Shown: positions 10,436 through 24,616 of the stretch, piece by piece
Numbering within the stretch: position 1 is the stretch's first letter
How the letters are laid out: each line of letters starts with the position of its first letter
DNA from: Trichodelitschia bisporula
Taxonomy: Eukaryota
Assembly: GCA_010356995.1 (NCBI GenBank)
Contig: ML996696.1
Location: 622,364-686,363, forward strand
DNA: 64,000 nt
Reading direction: 5' to 3'
Program-made: the position numbers and the translations under genes
The notes under the pieces: model-generated
Databases searched by the model: none
Told to the model about the DNA's origin: nothing
Seen by the model: the letters and a program-made list of their open reading frames with translations, nothing else

Positions 10436-13400
10436 ATGGCGCGCGTCAACAAGGCCGCTGGCGAGGGTCTTGATTTCGCTGCGCTTTTGGCCCTGAGACG
10501 TCGTAAACGGGCAGAAGCCGAGAAGCAAGCTGGCGCTGATACCAAATCGCAAGCTCACGCGAGTCTGATGCGCAATCCGGACGCCGCGATTCACCTCCAA
10601 GATCTGACCACGAACAAAAAGACACCGGCCCGGGATACGAAGGACCAGAAGCCCGATCAAACAGCAAAGCACAGAAAGACTCTTCGCGATACCCAGCCAG
10701 CCGATCCGACCACCGCTCGGAAGCAGCGTGCATTGAAGCCTCTGACCGACGACTTGAAGAACAAGCCCCTCCCCCCGATTGTCAAAGATGAAGACAGGGA
10801 ACTTAGCCGTGCTGAGCGGAAAAAGGGTGTCGCGCGTCCTATTCCGAAGTCGCATGTCAAAGCGCGCGCTGAGAAAGATGATGAGGATACCCCCGTGCTC
10901 TATCCGGACGAGGACGACAGTCTTGCCATCATCCGCTACTGGGCCAAACCTCCTTCTCCGCAGCAGCGCGCCACGGTGGTACAGCCCAAGCTTAAGCCGG
11001 AAGATACAGCTGTTCCGCCTCCTGTGTTTGTTGAACAAGTGAAGTCGAGTATCAACCCCGGCAAGAAACCCCTTCCAGATCCGAGCAAAGCACCTCCCTT
11101 CAAGAAGGCGGCGAAAACTCGACCGAAGCCCCGCGGCAAGACGAACAATGGTTCGGGTGCGAACTGGACTGCTGATCCTGGTGACGATCCGTTCAAACCG
11201 CCGTTCGACTTTTCTGATGCCCCACCGCTTAAGTCGACTAGCCGAGCTAAACGCCAGTTTTACGGCCTCGAGGAGCGTTCGACCAAAATTTCGATGGACT
11301 CATGGGTGACTGTCGCTGGAGATGCTGAGAGTTTGCCTGCTCTTCCCCCATGCCAGATCGATGTACTCGCGAGTTCAGCGGCTACTTTCCAGTTTGCCGA
11401 CGATGAACCTCTGATTGAGAGCCAAGCGTCCCTGAATGACGGATGGGCGGACAATGGCTTTTTCTTCAATGCTGGTCAGACTATGGAAGTCAGTGACGAG
11501 GAAGACCCATGGCTTGACTCGGATAGCAAGGGGCGATCAGATATGTCCAGCGGTGTCAACACTTCGAACAAGCCGTCACCGCGGGATGAAATCATGTTGG
11601 ACACGGGAAGGCAGATGGCTCAGGCCTACCAGCTCGGGCACGGCGAGGGCCACATGCTAAGCAACCAGAACCGGTTCTCTGATGAGCAGCGCGGAATGGC
11701 CAAAGACGTTGGTAACAAAGCGTCCAACCTCGGCCGCGTTACGGATCTGCAGATGGGCAGTACTCCCATCGACCGTGCTGCTACGTCTCCTGCTCTTCTG
11801 GGCTCGGGTGCTACGAAGATGCCCGATCTTCTCAGTGAGAGTGCTGCGAAGAAAAAGATCAATGCCCTTTACGGAGATGGATCTTCCCAATCGACTGTCA
11901 AGTACGAGTTCTCAAAGGAAGAGCCGCCCATCCTCCTCTCGGATCGATACAAGAAGAAGACGGCCAATATGTTCGACATGAGTTCCTCTCGCTCGTCACT
12001 GTACTGCGAGTACTCGGATTTGGAGGGTCCTCAAACTGCGAAGAAGGTTTCTGTTGAGATGAAGTCTTCATTTGCCCACGGTCAATACGAATATAGTGAC
12101 GACGAAGACGTGGAGCTTCCCGAGACCCCGACAAAGGCCCCCCGCAGCAAGGACACCATTAAGGAGAATGACCGGGCTCCCCGTGTCAGTCGAAAGACCA
12201 AAACCCACCTTGCTTCTCACTACGAGAAGCTGCGAAATGATTCGAGTCCCTGGGGTGACGGGGAACATGCGAAACCGAGCACCCTGCGCACTGTCTCTTA
12301 CGCTGAAAGCTACGAGAGTGAGGTCATTACGCCGTCCGCGGGAAATGTCCTTGAGCAACTCATTGACCGAGACACAAAGGAGATTGAGCGCAAGGAGGAG
12401 GAGTCTCGGCAAGCTGCTCGCCAAAGCTGGGAGCAAGAACACGCTGCTTTCTTGACCTAGTATGTCCCCTTCTCCCTATAAAAAACTTTGCTAACCTCCC
12501 AGCGATCCGCGTGTATCTCCAATTCGTCTTGATCCGCGGACATCTTCTTCCCGTCTCACTCCGCACGCATCTTCCATTCAGCTTGATCCGCACGCATCTT
12601 CCATCCAGCTTGATCCGCATGAGTCTCCGATTCGCTTCGAGCGCCCCCAAGCCCCGACTCCTTGTGGTAGCCCGAGCAAGGGAAAGCTGAAGTCTCCCAC
12701 AAAGGAGACGCCACCTCGCCAGCAGATTCCTGACCTCACGAGCGACGAGTACTGGCAGCAGCTCCAGGAGATCACCTTCGAGAAGACCCCCAAGATCAAG
12801 TCTATCATGGACGATGATGCTATCAACTCGCCGCGGCGGGGTTTGATCCGCCGCACCTGGGATGGATGCAAGAACGACATTGCGGTCGCCTTCCTGTATG
12901 AGATCGACGAGGCCATGACGGGTGGCGAAGTTGGGCGTGCCACAGAGGACACGGGCGGTGTCCGCATCGTGTGGACCAACAAACTGTCCACCACCGCTGG
13001 TCGTGCGAGTTGGCGGGTCGAGCGCGTGGTTATTAACGGCCAGAGGGAGGAGCGTAAGCATTGGGCTACGATTGAGTTGGCTGAGAAAGTGGTCGATAGC
13101 GAGGAACGCTTGATCAACGTGATTGCACATGAGTACTGTCACTTAGCGACTTACATTGTGTCCGGGGTTCGGGATCGGCCGCATGGGAAGGAGTTCCGCG
13201 AGTGGTGAGTTAATTGTAGCGGTTGGTACTTGGGGCAATGCTAACAATTATAGGGGCAAGCAAGCGACTAAGCTGTACCACGATCGCGGTGTGGTCGTTA
13301 CGACGAAGCATACCTATGACATCAAGTACAAGTACATTTGGCGCTGCACCGGGTGCACCCTGCACATCCAACGCCATTCCAAGTCGATCAAACCAGCTAC

Positions 13401-13830
13401 ACAGTTGTGTGGTATCTGCCAGGGTAGACTCGAGCAGATCAAGCCTGCGCCGCGTGTGCGCGCCGGCGAAGACGTGGACATGGGCCCGCCACCGCAGCTC
13501 AATGCGTACGCTTCCTTCGTCAAGGAAAACTACCAGCTCGCCCGTGAACTGAGTCCCCAGGGTGCGTTGCCCAAGACGATCATGGGCAACTTGGCTCGTA
13601 TGTATCGCGATCAGAAGGAGATGCGTGCGAAGATGTTTACCGAGCATGATGCTGCTAAGATGGCTGATGCGATGGCCAATCGCGCTGGCATGGAAAGTGA
13701 TGGTGAGGACGGCAAGGAAAACAAGCGGGCTGAGAACGAAGGTGATGACGGTGGTTACGAAAATGAGGTCGAGGTGGAGGGTGCAGAGTGCATCACGGAT
13801 GCGATGGGCCGCGTTGATCTGACTGAGTAG
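10436..13830 (+). CDS. GCNA/ACRC-like protein: long disordered N-terminus + SprT metalloprotease + C4 zinc finger + HMG-like box
   Basis: Introns 12460-12502 and 13205-13253 join the three ORF-track pieces. Motifs: IVWTNKLSTTAGRA, IELAEKVVD, HEYCH (HExxH), PHGKEF, HTYDIKYKYIWRCTGC...RHSKS...CGIC, and NAYASFVKENY...IMGNLARMY. Confidence 0.9.
12504..12638. repeat. Degenerate 27-bp coding repeat, 5 copies
   Basis: Units start at 12504, 12531, 12558, 12585 and 12612, encoding DPRVSPIRL, DPRTSSSRL, TPHASSIQL, DPHASSIQL and DPHESPIRF. Confidence 0.85.
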
Positions 13831-16800
13831 GCGTTTCACGGTATGAATCATGTCGAAGGCTATCCTTCGGAGGGCTGCTGGACTTAACACACGATGGGTT
13901 ACGCTCGTGGACGGATTTTTCTGAACTATCACGGTTTTCGGGAGTTCATCCATTAGCGTTGGAGTTCGTTGATCTTCGAGATACCCAGCATGAAGGCGTT
14001 GTACATGTTTAGTTCTAGCACTAGGTAGAATCAAGCATGCAGAGTGAATGTCTTTCGGCAGTGAGTGTCCGGAGTGAGAGTCGATGACCTTCTGACGCCT
14101 GCTACCTGGGGGCCACTTCAGATACCCGTCGCCCATCGTGAGACCAGCCTAAAACCCGTTCCATCACCATTGTCCCAATGCAGCAATGCTCAAAATGGCA
14201 ACCGCCGCTGCCAGAGCACGTTCTAGTGGGCCAGCCTCCGTTACACAACGTCGCTTGAATGTCACCCCCAACCCCCAACCTGCAAATCCCCTTTTCAAAA
14301 TACCACACCCCAAACGCACAAATCAAAGCCCTGCATCAGTCCAGTACCTGCAAATATCGCCCCTAGCAGCCCAGATCGACCCCCTGTCGCCGAGAACGGG
14401 CAAGGGCGGCTGCCACATCGTGAGTGAAGACGTAATCTCAATCGGAATTGCCGATGAAACACGGCGCCCGAGGGAGGGGGAGAGGTCGGACGATAGGGCT
14501 GCCAGGTTGACATGTGGCAGCTCGCGTGCGTGGGATTGGAATTGTCGATGTTGCACAGCGTGGCCCTGCGTCTGCGTTGCGAGGCTGAGCATGGGTTGGT
14601 GCGGAGGGGATGTGATTGGCTGGTCGGGGATGGGGTTGGGCGGGGGCGATTGGAGGGCTAATAGACCTGTGTTGGGGGGAGGGGCTTCTTATACGAGTGC
14701 ATTTTTGGGCGTTGGGAGTTGGGTTAGAGTTGTTAATGGTCGAAGAATGGCAGTATATGCATGGTCAGGAGGCTATGGTACACCGCTGCTCGGGAGATGC
14801 CGAGTTGTCACTTGCTGCTGCGTGCGGCGAGGGCGTGTTTCTGGAACGCAATACAATGCACGAAATCACTAGTTTCCCTTCTGCAGTGACCGGTTTGGAC
14901 TCTGCATTAGCACAACACATTTCCCCTCCTCAAACACCACCCACCAAGCATCGTCCACCAAGCCTTACTCTACCCCTCGCATGCCCATACATGCCGCAGA
15001 CACGGGGAATAGCGCCAACGCCATGTGTCCGCCAGACCGCCATGTCCAGCCCACACTTGAGCCTCGCCCACCAAACACCACACCAACGCCAACCCGATCT
15101 GGCCCCCTTGCCGACCCCCCGTGAACCCGTCCTAGGGCCGAGGGGCGATTTCCCAACCCGTACTCCACATGCCCCACAGCCAAAGCCGAGACCCACACCT
15201 GTGCGACCACGCGCACAACCCTATGTCTTTGTTTCCCCGGTTTGTTGTCTTTTCCCCTGGGCGCCCTTGATGCCGTCCCCGGAGATGTGATGCGCCTCCG
15301 GCCCTGCGCGATCCCGGGTCCGGGCATGCGTGGCGGACGTTGGACGGTAGAGGGGGTGGGTGTGAGGTTGGTATGGGTGAGTGCGGTGCGGAAGGCGGTG
15401 TATGGTTCTTTTACGAGGGTGGGTTTGATACACGTCGGTGTGAGTGCTGGAGTTGATGTTGCGGCTGGCTTCGGCACAGGGCAAGGCCGTGCTATGTTTG
15501 AAGACACTGCTCGGTCCCGGATTGTTGTCTGCCGACAGGCAACTCTCCCGAATGATCCGCAAGGAGTGTTCTTGATGGAAACGGGGGGGGGGTCATCCAG
15601 CGTCCTTCGACACGTTGAAGATGACGATCCCACGGGCAGTGTGGAGGAGTAGGCCAGTCGTCGTTGGTGTCCTTTAATTCCTCTTCCTTTTCCTTCAGAT
15701 CCAACATCGATGGAAGCGGCTCCTCTTGCGTCTATCTGAACGTATATAATTCTCTGTCCACATCAGCGACTGCTTGAAAGATCCCTCACATCGCCTTTTT
15801 TAAAGTCAATATCGCCGTTCGGGCAGGGGACGGGGATTTGACTGGAATCCATGCACAACAACAGCACCGATATGCCACCTGAAAGTTATTAGAAAAAGTC
15901 TCCGCAAAATACCTTCACCCTCCACAATACAGTCCATCGTCCGCGCGACACTCGCCTTCAGATGGTACGTACCCGCTGCCTACGGCTGAAAGCAGGGATG
16001 TCACACCATCATACAGCAGTAGTGCACGGTCTACAGGTGACCGATCAGCGAGCCCGTCTCACTGCAGTGCGGTCGAGGGAGCACAGAACCACCGGAGTAA
16101 TGGGCACCACTCAGCAACAGGTTAGGCGAACAACGGTGTGAAAGGTTATTTCGACTTCGGGCTATAACGGGCCCGATATAGGTCTGCGGTGGTGACATGC
16201 AAGCTCTGTGAATGCAAATATGAGGAGATGGGTGATATTGTCTAGTTCCCTGCATTCCGGTCAGACATGCTACGTAACAAGAAGTTCAATGCATTGAAGC
16301 GGATTGTGGTTCGACGATCGGATGGGCTTAGCCGAGTGTTAATCAGTCGGGTCGGCCAATTGGGCGGACCCGAATAAACTTTGGCATGGACAGAGTCTGA
16401 AACGGCCCGGTAACTAGCCAAACGGACCCGATCCCGAAGCGCACTTCCAGTTCAAATGGTAAAACCTGTATAAGCACCACTGCAACATTCTCATGGCGAG
16501 AGCTTGAGATGAGAAGCTCGCAGTGTGATCTCGCATAATGGCAACAGCAACCGGGCTCACAACAAGAATCTTGAGTTTGAAAGGGTGCACGACAGAAGGT
16601 AAAAGTATCAGCGGGTCTGAAGGATTCGGGGAGCGGAAAGACGAAGCTGGATGTAAAGAAGGGTTGGGTTTTCGCACCGCGGGAAATAAGGCAAGGCATG
16701 CAAGTTGAAGTTTCCGCACCAAGGTTGGCATCCATCTGATGGACGCGGTAATAGTAAGCGAAAGAGAGGTGCAGCAGAGAGAGAGTCGGTGATGTCGGGA

Positions 16801-19800
16801 TTGAAATGACGATGTCCGAACTCGTCCCAAGTCACCATCACGTGACGGAACTTAGCGCTAAATTGCCCCAGAAATAGACGCTTCGGGTCGGGATCGGGCC
16901 GTTGAAGGTTAATCTCCACAACGGCCGCGTCAACTCCTCCTCCAACCTTCCATGAACATTTCCGTTTGTAATATCCATCGCGCTGGCGAATCTTCAACTC
17001 GGCTAAGCTTGTGCTTAGCACTGGGAATAGAAACATGATTATTCTCCAGACTTGCGGATACCGGAACTTGACTGCTACACAGGTAACCTGGAGATGGACC
17101 GGAGCTCAGGATCCCGTATTCCGTCCGTTGGCTGGAGTGGCTGGGTCAAGTCAACAAGACATGCTCAACGCTCAGCGGACATTCATCCAATGCGGCCGCG
17201 AAAATTCGCGTTGCACATGAAACGCATCAGCATAAAACCGGAACGGATACGGCGGAAGAAATCCTCCGAACTGTGCTTGGCCAGGACATCTGCTGGTCTT
17301 GGAGTACCGACATCTGCCTAGCGGCTCAGCCTCATCAAACGTTGCATGATACGGCAGATCATGGACCTAATGGTCGTATCTCGCCAAATATTCCAGATTC
17401 CATCAGCCAGGCAAGTTCAGGGAGAAGTGCATATGTCCGAACTTGGAAATTGGGAATGATGATTCTCGTGGGGGCAGATTTCGAGGTTCGGGCCTGAAAC
17501 GGTTGATCTAAGCCCACCCCGCCAAACCCCACACCCTCGCCGTTGGCGATGTGGCAGTGTCGATACGATCTTTACGGACAAATGTTGATGCGGGGACATT
17601 GAGGGACATGTGCCGCTGTGGAAGGATTGCGGCGAAGCAACGGCATGCCGCTACGGTAGGGTCAGCAACGGCACCAGCGCGATGCAGTGTTAGAGTGCGG
17701 GAGGATCAATTGGCTCTTGCAGTTTCGGGAACGCTCCACAGCCCCGGGCTGACGTCTCCGGAAGCTGCACTCACGCATTGTATGCCCCACTTGGTTAATG
17801 AGATCGTCTGGCATACTCTAGCTCTTGCTGGCGACGATGTTACCCGGTTGTCGCTGAAGTCTGGCCCGCGACTGTCATCCTGGGCTGTAATGGTGGGCCT
17901 AACCCGCACCGCTAACAGGGACGTACCATGGTCGTGGCGTGTGGCGCTAGAACTAGTGCTGTACCACAGCGTACCCAGATTATCAACCGGCACTGCTGAC
18001 TGACGCCGTACGACGGCAACTTTCAATAAAGCCTGCACAAGAACATCGGCATTCAGGCAAGCAAGTGCACTTGGGCGAGAATTGACGTTCGGTTAATTCA
18101 TACGAAGTACGGAGGTAAGTCAGGGATACCGAACTGGGCAAAGACATCAGGCCAGAATTCTTCGTGTATGCGAGGCAGGTTGGGATCTAGCCGCCGTTGC
18201 TTAGGCGCAATGCGCCAAGTCGGATTCCATCCGCGGACTTTGATGCTCAGCGGAACACCCAAAGTATCCTGCAGGTAGCTGCTCCAATCGTTTTACTCTA
18301 ACTGATGAATTGGAAGCTAAAGGTCCCTAACCTGAAAGAAGGAAGTGTATCACCACATTGGGAACGGCGCTCGCAACGAGGATGAATCTCCGTCACAGAG
18401 GCGGGAAAAATCATGGCCAAGGGAGTCCAACATCGAGCTATCAAGATGTGCGGCACAAACTACTGGTACCAAGGCAGCCCCAGAACTGCAGGCTCAATGA
18501 TCCGGTTTACAGCCTAATGATATAGCTCTCTTACTATCGTTGCTCTCAAGCATACGAACCCTAAGACGGTATCTTATGCCGGACGTCGTCTGCAGCATCC
18601 TGGGAGAGTGGTCAGCCGCGTGCCGACCGCAAACACCGAAAGTCGGCCTAGCCCATCACGACATGACAGCAATATGCTCTACCGCAGTGGAATGTACTGT
18701 TACATCCAGCCGTATACTGCAGCAAGTCTTCTCTTCTCCGCCAATCCTAGGGGCCGACGGACGCAGCCAGAGTGACGAGACCAGAACTCATGCGCTTAAG
18801 CGCCCGAGGCAAGCCTCCCGCAATCCTTCGCCGCCCCGAACTGGCCTTTATCAGCGACTAACGCCATCAATTGGCCCTTAATTTGTCGTCCTGCGTCCCC
18901 ACTCGGTCTTCGCCGTTGATCAACCCCCTGCGCTGCAATGAGACAGTACAGCAAAGACAGGCTTCATGGACGCCGTCCGCTCTGACCTTGCATTTCGACA
19001 CCCAGGACCGTAGTTCGACGGACCCAGTGACTGCGAGGAGCCGAAGCCCCGACAAGGTTCATTCAAGCCTATCCGGCTGCGAATCTCTTCTCGACCACGC
19101 TTGCATGTCTTTGGTCTCAAGTCACTTTTCAATTAAGTGTCGCAACCATTTTGGAATCCATGAGGTATGTACCTTGCACTCAGATATGCGGCTCACGCTA
19201 GGCGCAGATGGTGTACATTCGAATGCTACCACGGGACCAGCTCTGACAACCCTTGGAATTTTAGCTTCCATCGATCGGTGATGCAGTCGAATCCTGATTA
19301 TTTTGCATTGTCAAGTATATGTATTTCTCCGCAGCTCAACAAGCTTGCTCTCCCTGCACGCATGTGGTACAAGCTCTTGCCGTACTCCCTGAGCCTGATC
19401 TTCGCCTCTAGAACTAGTCATGCTGTGCGCAACGTCCTGTACGACCATTAAGCTCTTTATGAGGCCGAGATCGCGACTCGAGCACGCACTGCTGCCTGTC
19501 CAACACCTGCCCGACATGGCTTGCTCCCGCTCCAAACTGCAGGTGCTGATACGAGAGCCGCAGCACCGTTTAACCCCACATGACAAGGTGTATTATGGGC
19601 TTCTCGACATCGAGGATCGGCGTCTGCAAATGTCGCTTTCGCAGCCAGGAAAAATCTTGAATTCATCTCCCCCATCTCCAAACTCCACCAACATCGCATG
19701 GCCCACTCATTATGAAAACCGCGCGGCAGCCAAAATTCCCGAACACCCGCGCCCGTCCAGCCTCCCCTCGTGGCCGCCTCCCCATTCAGAACAAATCGAA

Positions 19801-21558
19801 CCGCCTTCCCACGCGAAGACCCCAGATCCAGTCACGCCTGCAGCCCGACCGCGCCCATCACGCAGCCATCCCAAGAGCCCCTCGGCTTCACCGAGAGGCC
19901 GAACCCACCCCGCCCGGAATATGTATCATCTTTCCATACCGCTCCCCGCCCGCAACCCCACGCAAGTAGCACATTCGTACCACCTCCCGGCCAACCACCC
20001 CGCCCACCCCCATCAGAAATAGCACAGTCTCACATCGCCACCCGCCAAATCCTCCCGCAACCCCCCCACCGGCCCGGCACGGCTCCTTCGTCCGGTCCGC
20101 AATTGCCATCCATACCCCGCACCATCACTCTCCCACGTACTCCACCCCGCCCCTGCAAAACCGCATCCCCCAAACCCTCAACCCGCCAAACCCAAAAAGC
20201 AACCCCGCGGCCCTACACCCGCGCCTTGCCCTGCAGCGCTATGCATCGCCGCGGCGCGCGGCGTTTGTGGCGCTCCCGCGCGGGCCCCTGCTACGCCGCA
20301 ATCGTGCACGGGCCGCCCCCCCGCGCCGCGCATGTGCGACGGGGAGCGGCGGGGAAGACCCGCGAGAGAGGTGCGGCATGCGGCAATGTGTGCTTGCGCT
20401 GGGTTGATGTGTCGAGAGCCTTTTGCTGGGTCTGGGACCGTTGTTGTTCTGCTTGCTATGGATGTAGAACTAGTCGTGATGCTGCCCGCGCTGGGCTGGT
20501 TGGGGGTGGCAGCGCGACGAGGCTGGCGGTGCGAGGCTGGGGTTGTACACGATTGAGCTAGGATGGGGATTCTGGGCGGGGAGGGTCAGAGGGGCAGAGC
20601 ATGCTTGTTGTGCATTTGTGAGTTGCATAGGCTTCATGAGGTAAGATTGACGCTCTCAATGTACAGAGGGAGTGTATCCCTCAAAGGGTAGTCGTAGTTC
20701 CTTCCTTCCATCCCTGTCTATTTTTATCCTGGCCCATCCATTCGCTACCAAAGTTCCCAAGCCCCCCAGTGTACCCCCCTCCGGCCAAGTTTCGCCCTGT
20801 CCCAAAGCTCCAGCGCAAGAACAAAGTCCCGGATACAGACAGTGACAGGCCCATCACCATCCCCAAGCCGCAAGCCCATGCCATTAGAAAACCAAAAAGA
20901 CCGAACCAAGCAAAAATCGCCCCATTCCGCGCAGAAAGCCAGTTTCGTGGGGAAAGAGAGCAAAATGGCGCAAAAGGCCCGAATAGGCCCAGGCTGAACA
21001 TCCGACCCGCCAAAAGAAATGAGACCCATGGAATCTGGAAAAGAAAACTCAAATCGAGAAAAAAAACTACGCCGCAATGATGCCTTCCACTCATTCTTCG
21101 GTCAACGCCCCTTTGACATCAACATCACTCCCTCTCACCTTGATCAGCATCGAAATCGAAATCGAGAAACAGGAACTCCGGAAAACAAAACACAAATCGA
21201 AAAACAGAACCAGAAGCTCGCACGCTCAATCGCTAAGCCAGGCCAAACAAAAGGGACCGAAAAGCAAATGAAACAAAACGAATCAGTGCGGCGAGGAATG
21301 ACATCAGCCTCCCATCCGCCCTTCCCAGATGCGGCATAAAACGCTGTAGCTGTGCCGTATGCAACAACAAGACAAAATCATCGTCGCGCGGATAATGTGA
21401 GCATGCTCACCAACATGATTCTGCCTCCTCGTGCCAGACGCGTATGTGCTTCCAAGTCCCACTTCTGTGAGACTGTTCGCCGCAGCCGCATGTACATCGT
21501 GTTGGGTTCCACCACCCAATAGCCGCCATCAAGCATGCATTTCAGTCAACCGCCGCAT

Positions 21559-23189
21559 CTAGATGTCGCCCTCGCCAGGTCCCAAGCTCTTTCTCTTACA
21601 CTTGTCGTGTGCCAAATGACCTATACGAATCAGCCTCGCTCAAACGCCACAAGATGGAGAAACAACGTACCATTCCGCGCTGTAGTCCGCGTAAACTGCG
21701 CCCCACACCTCGGACATGAGCTCTTCATCGCCGTTCCCGCCTTCTCCCGCTGATGTCGCAGCAGATTGCTAAACGTCGAAAACTGCCGCCCGTTGCACCC
21801 ATGCTCCCAGCACTGTGGTCTCTGTCGCGGCGTCAGCACCCGCGCGCCGCCCAACTCTTCCGCTGCCGCCGCAGCCGCTACGCTGCTGTAGTCGCTGCCT
21901 GCATAGCTGGGCGTTGCGTACCCGCTCTGAGCGGCCGGGTGGTAGACTGTCTGCGGGGCTGTGGCTGAGGTGTAAGGGTAGTAGTGACCGTCGGAACTGC
22001 TGACACATTAGCCAAGCCTGGTATGACGGAAAGAGGGATCTTGGGTCGACCGCCAAAAGACTTACGCCGCGTAATAGCCACTGGGTGCGGCTTGTGCTGT
22101 GGTGTAGCTGTACACGGGAGCGGCGATGGTCACTGCGGGAGCAGCGATGGTCACTGCGGGATGGGCGGGAGGCGTAGGGGTGGTGTGGTAGGAGCCGGCG
22201 TACGAAGAAGTGGGCTGGGGAGAGGCGGCGGCGGAGACTTGGTGGGCGGTGTAGAGAGGGTGGTGTGTTGGATGTTGTTGGTGTTGGGCGGACTCGGCGG
22301 AGGTGGAGTAGGCGTCTGCGTAATCTGTGAGGGATGGTCAAAACGTGGGAACAAAGAGACGGCGGAAATGAAGGGGGAGGTGGGAAAGAAATGAGGAATG
22401 GGGAGAAGAGGATTGCGGGGCGGGAGGATTGGGGCTATTTGTAGGATTCGAAGGATTCCACGCCTACTCACTTGATTGGTAGCCCGCAGCTGGGTAGGCT
22501 CCGTAATGACCGTACTGCACTGGCATCATAAATTCCATGGAGCTACAGACTCCAGCGTTAGCAATTGAGCATCTCGAGCGGATAGTGAAAGCACCGGGAA
22601 CTCACTTCCAGTCCTGGTACTCGGGTGGGGCTTCGGCAGCTGCTGCTGGCGGCGTTCCAGGCAGATTCACGATACCTGTTCCAGGCTCTAAGTTGGGTTC
22701 GAGGACGGTAGCCGAAGGCGCGGGTGCGTTCTCGAGAGGCGCCGGAACTGGCGCGGGCAGCTGCAGATAATCGGGTTCGGGGGTAGAGAGGAGACGAGGG
22801 AGCAGTGGGGTGCGCGTGCGGGTTTGAACGATGGACGAAGGATCCGAGGTAAGGCTCTGTGGCCTAGGCGATACGTTCTGCGACGGATAGCTACGCTGAG
22901 TGGCAGCTTCCCAGATGGCTTCGCGGTTGCGATCCGAGAGTGCTAGGCCGGTGCTTGGTCGTGGAGGACCGGAGATACGGCCGGTGTGAAGTCGGCGGAG
23001 AAGGCGAAGAGACGATGAGGGGAGATCGTTGCTAGGGACGCGGTGGGGTGCTGATGTGTTGGATATGAAGGACTGTGAGATGCGAGTGAGCGCTGGTATA
23101 TCTAAAGTAGTTGAAGTGTGGGAAGAACTGGTGGGAGTAGTGGAAAAGCAATGGGGAGACATGACGAGGCTGGACGGCGGTCCGCTCAT
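21559..23189 (-). CDS. Fungal C2H2-type zinc-finger transcription factor
   Basis: C-terminal [26 protein letters not shown]...[23 protein letters not shown]. Introns at 22543-22605, ~22325-22471, ~22000-22065 and 21621-21670 keep the frame. The start is uncertain: ATG 23189 or the internal in-frame ATG at 22538. Confidence 0.85.
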
Positions 23190-24582
23190 AAGGAGTCCAC
23201 CAGGCTGATTGAGATGGGATGAAGAGGGAGTTTCTGGAAGAAAAGAGACACAGGGACACAGCCACTTACATTTGAAGCTTCCTGTGTGGAGAATGTTGGG
23301 AGGATTTGAGGTTAGATGATGGGGGTGAAGAGGTGAAGAGGGCGGATTTTATGCCATCGAGTGTAACCTAAAGGGTAACCCAGGATGTTCCCGATGCCCT
23401 GACACAATATAGGAACCTTCGCTGCGGCCGTGCTGGAGGAACGCTAAGGCCATTATACAACTGTCGAGCCCAGGCGGGTTCTGGCTTGACCGTGCAACCT
23501 TTGCACACAGTCCTTGTACGAAGGATTCAACCCCCGGTAACCGTCGCTCTTGTGGCCCGCGCTCGCGCGCACGCCCAGTGGCTGACCGTTTTCCTGCCCA
23601 TCCCACTAAAAAGATACGCTGTTATTTTCCAGAGAAGGGCAGAAAACCCTCACGATGGATCTTCCATGTGTTATTAACATCGTGGATCATTCAAGGGGCG
23701 GAAAGGCTGCCGAAGGAAGGCCGCAGGGAACTGGGGAAGGGAGCATTGAGTCGATGTCGAGTTGGCCACCCCACGCAGGCAGCAGAACCCCCATCTTGTC
23801 ATGTCTTCTTTGGACAGCGGTTTCTCTATTTTGGCCCTTCAGCGGCGAGGCCGCAATCACACCTGACCTCGTTCACAAGAGCAGTGTTCAGGTGGGTGAT
23901 TTGGCGCAAGGCGGTTGTACCCAGCTCGGGGAATTGAGCACAGTCTAGCGTTACGTTGGCCTATTCCCTATTCCAGGCATCGATCTTTTCCAGCCCTGCC
24001 GTGGTTGGACAGCCCTACCGAGAATGAAACGGCCCCTCTTGTCTTTCAAATTGGGAGTTGACCGTCATAGGCTCGTCTCCTTGGAGGGAAGGGGAAACGG
24101 CGGGGGAGGGAGGGGTATACACAACAAGCTAACCACTAGCCACGGGAGCCACCGAGCCCGTCAAGCCATGGCTCGGAGTCAAGGTGTTACGGCATGTTGG
24201 TGGCGCCGCTGGAAAAGCGGTTTGCGACGCTGTATGCGGGCGTGGAAGATTGACAATGCCAGGAGACTTGTTCGATGAGGCTTTGGACGAATAACAAGGG
24301 GTTTCCGTTTCCATCGAGCGAAGTAAGGGTTCAGACTGCACGGGGATTGAAAGGAGAAACGACTTGGAATAGCAAACGAAAGCATCATGGCTCGCAAGCT
24401 CAAGCAATGGACAGAAAATAGCACCGGGGACGGCTAGAGAGGAACGGGTGGTTGTAAGAAACCGAGTTGCGGGATAGGAAGCAAGCGATTTGCCGGAGCC
24501 TCAGAGGGGTCCCGGCTTTACCGTCCCCCGAAGCACATCGTTGACCACCGGGCTAGGGGTGTTAGAGCAGCTGAACGAAGTG

Positions 24583-24616
24583 GTGTGTGTGTATCTGTGT
24601 GTGTATCTGTGTGTGT
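24583..24616. repeat. Compound (GT)n microsatellite, 12-bp unit GTGTGTGTATCT x~3
   Basis: gtgtgtgtgtatctgtgtgtgtatctgtgtgtgt read directly from the sequence. Confidence 0.85.

Noticed and set aside
14186..15707. Several overlapping 200+ aa ORFs
   Set aside because: Low-complexity products of C/G skew; no consistent intron structure or domain.
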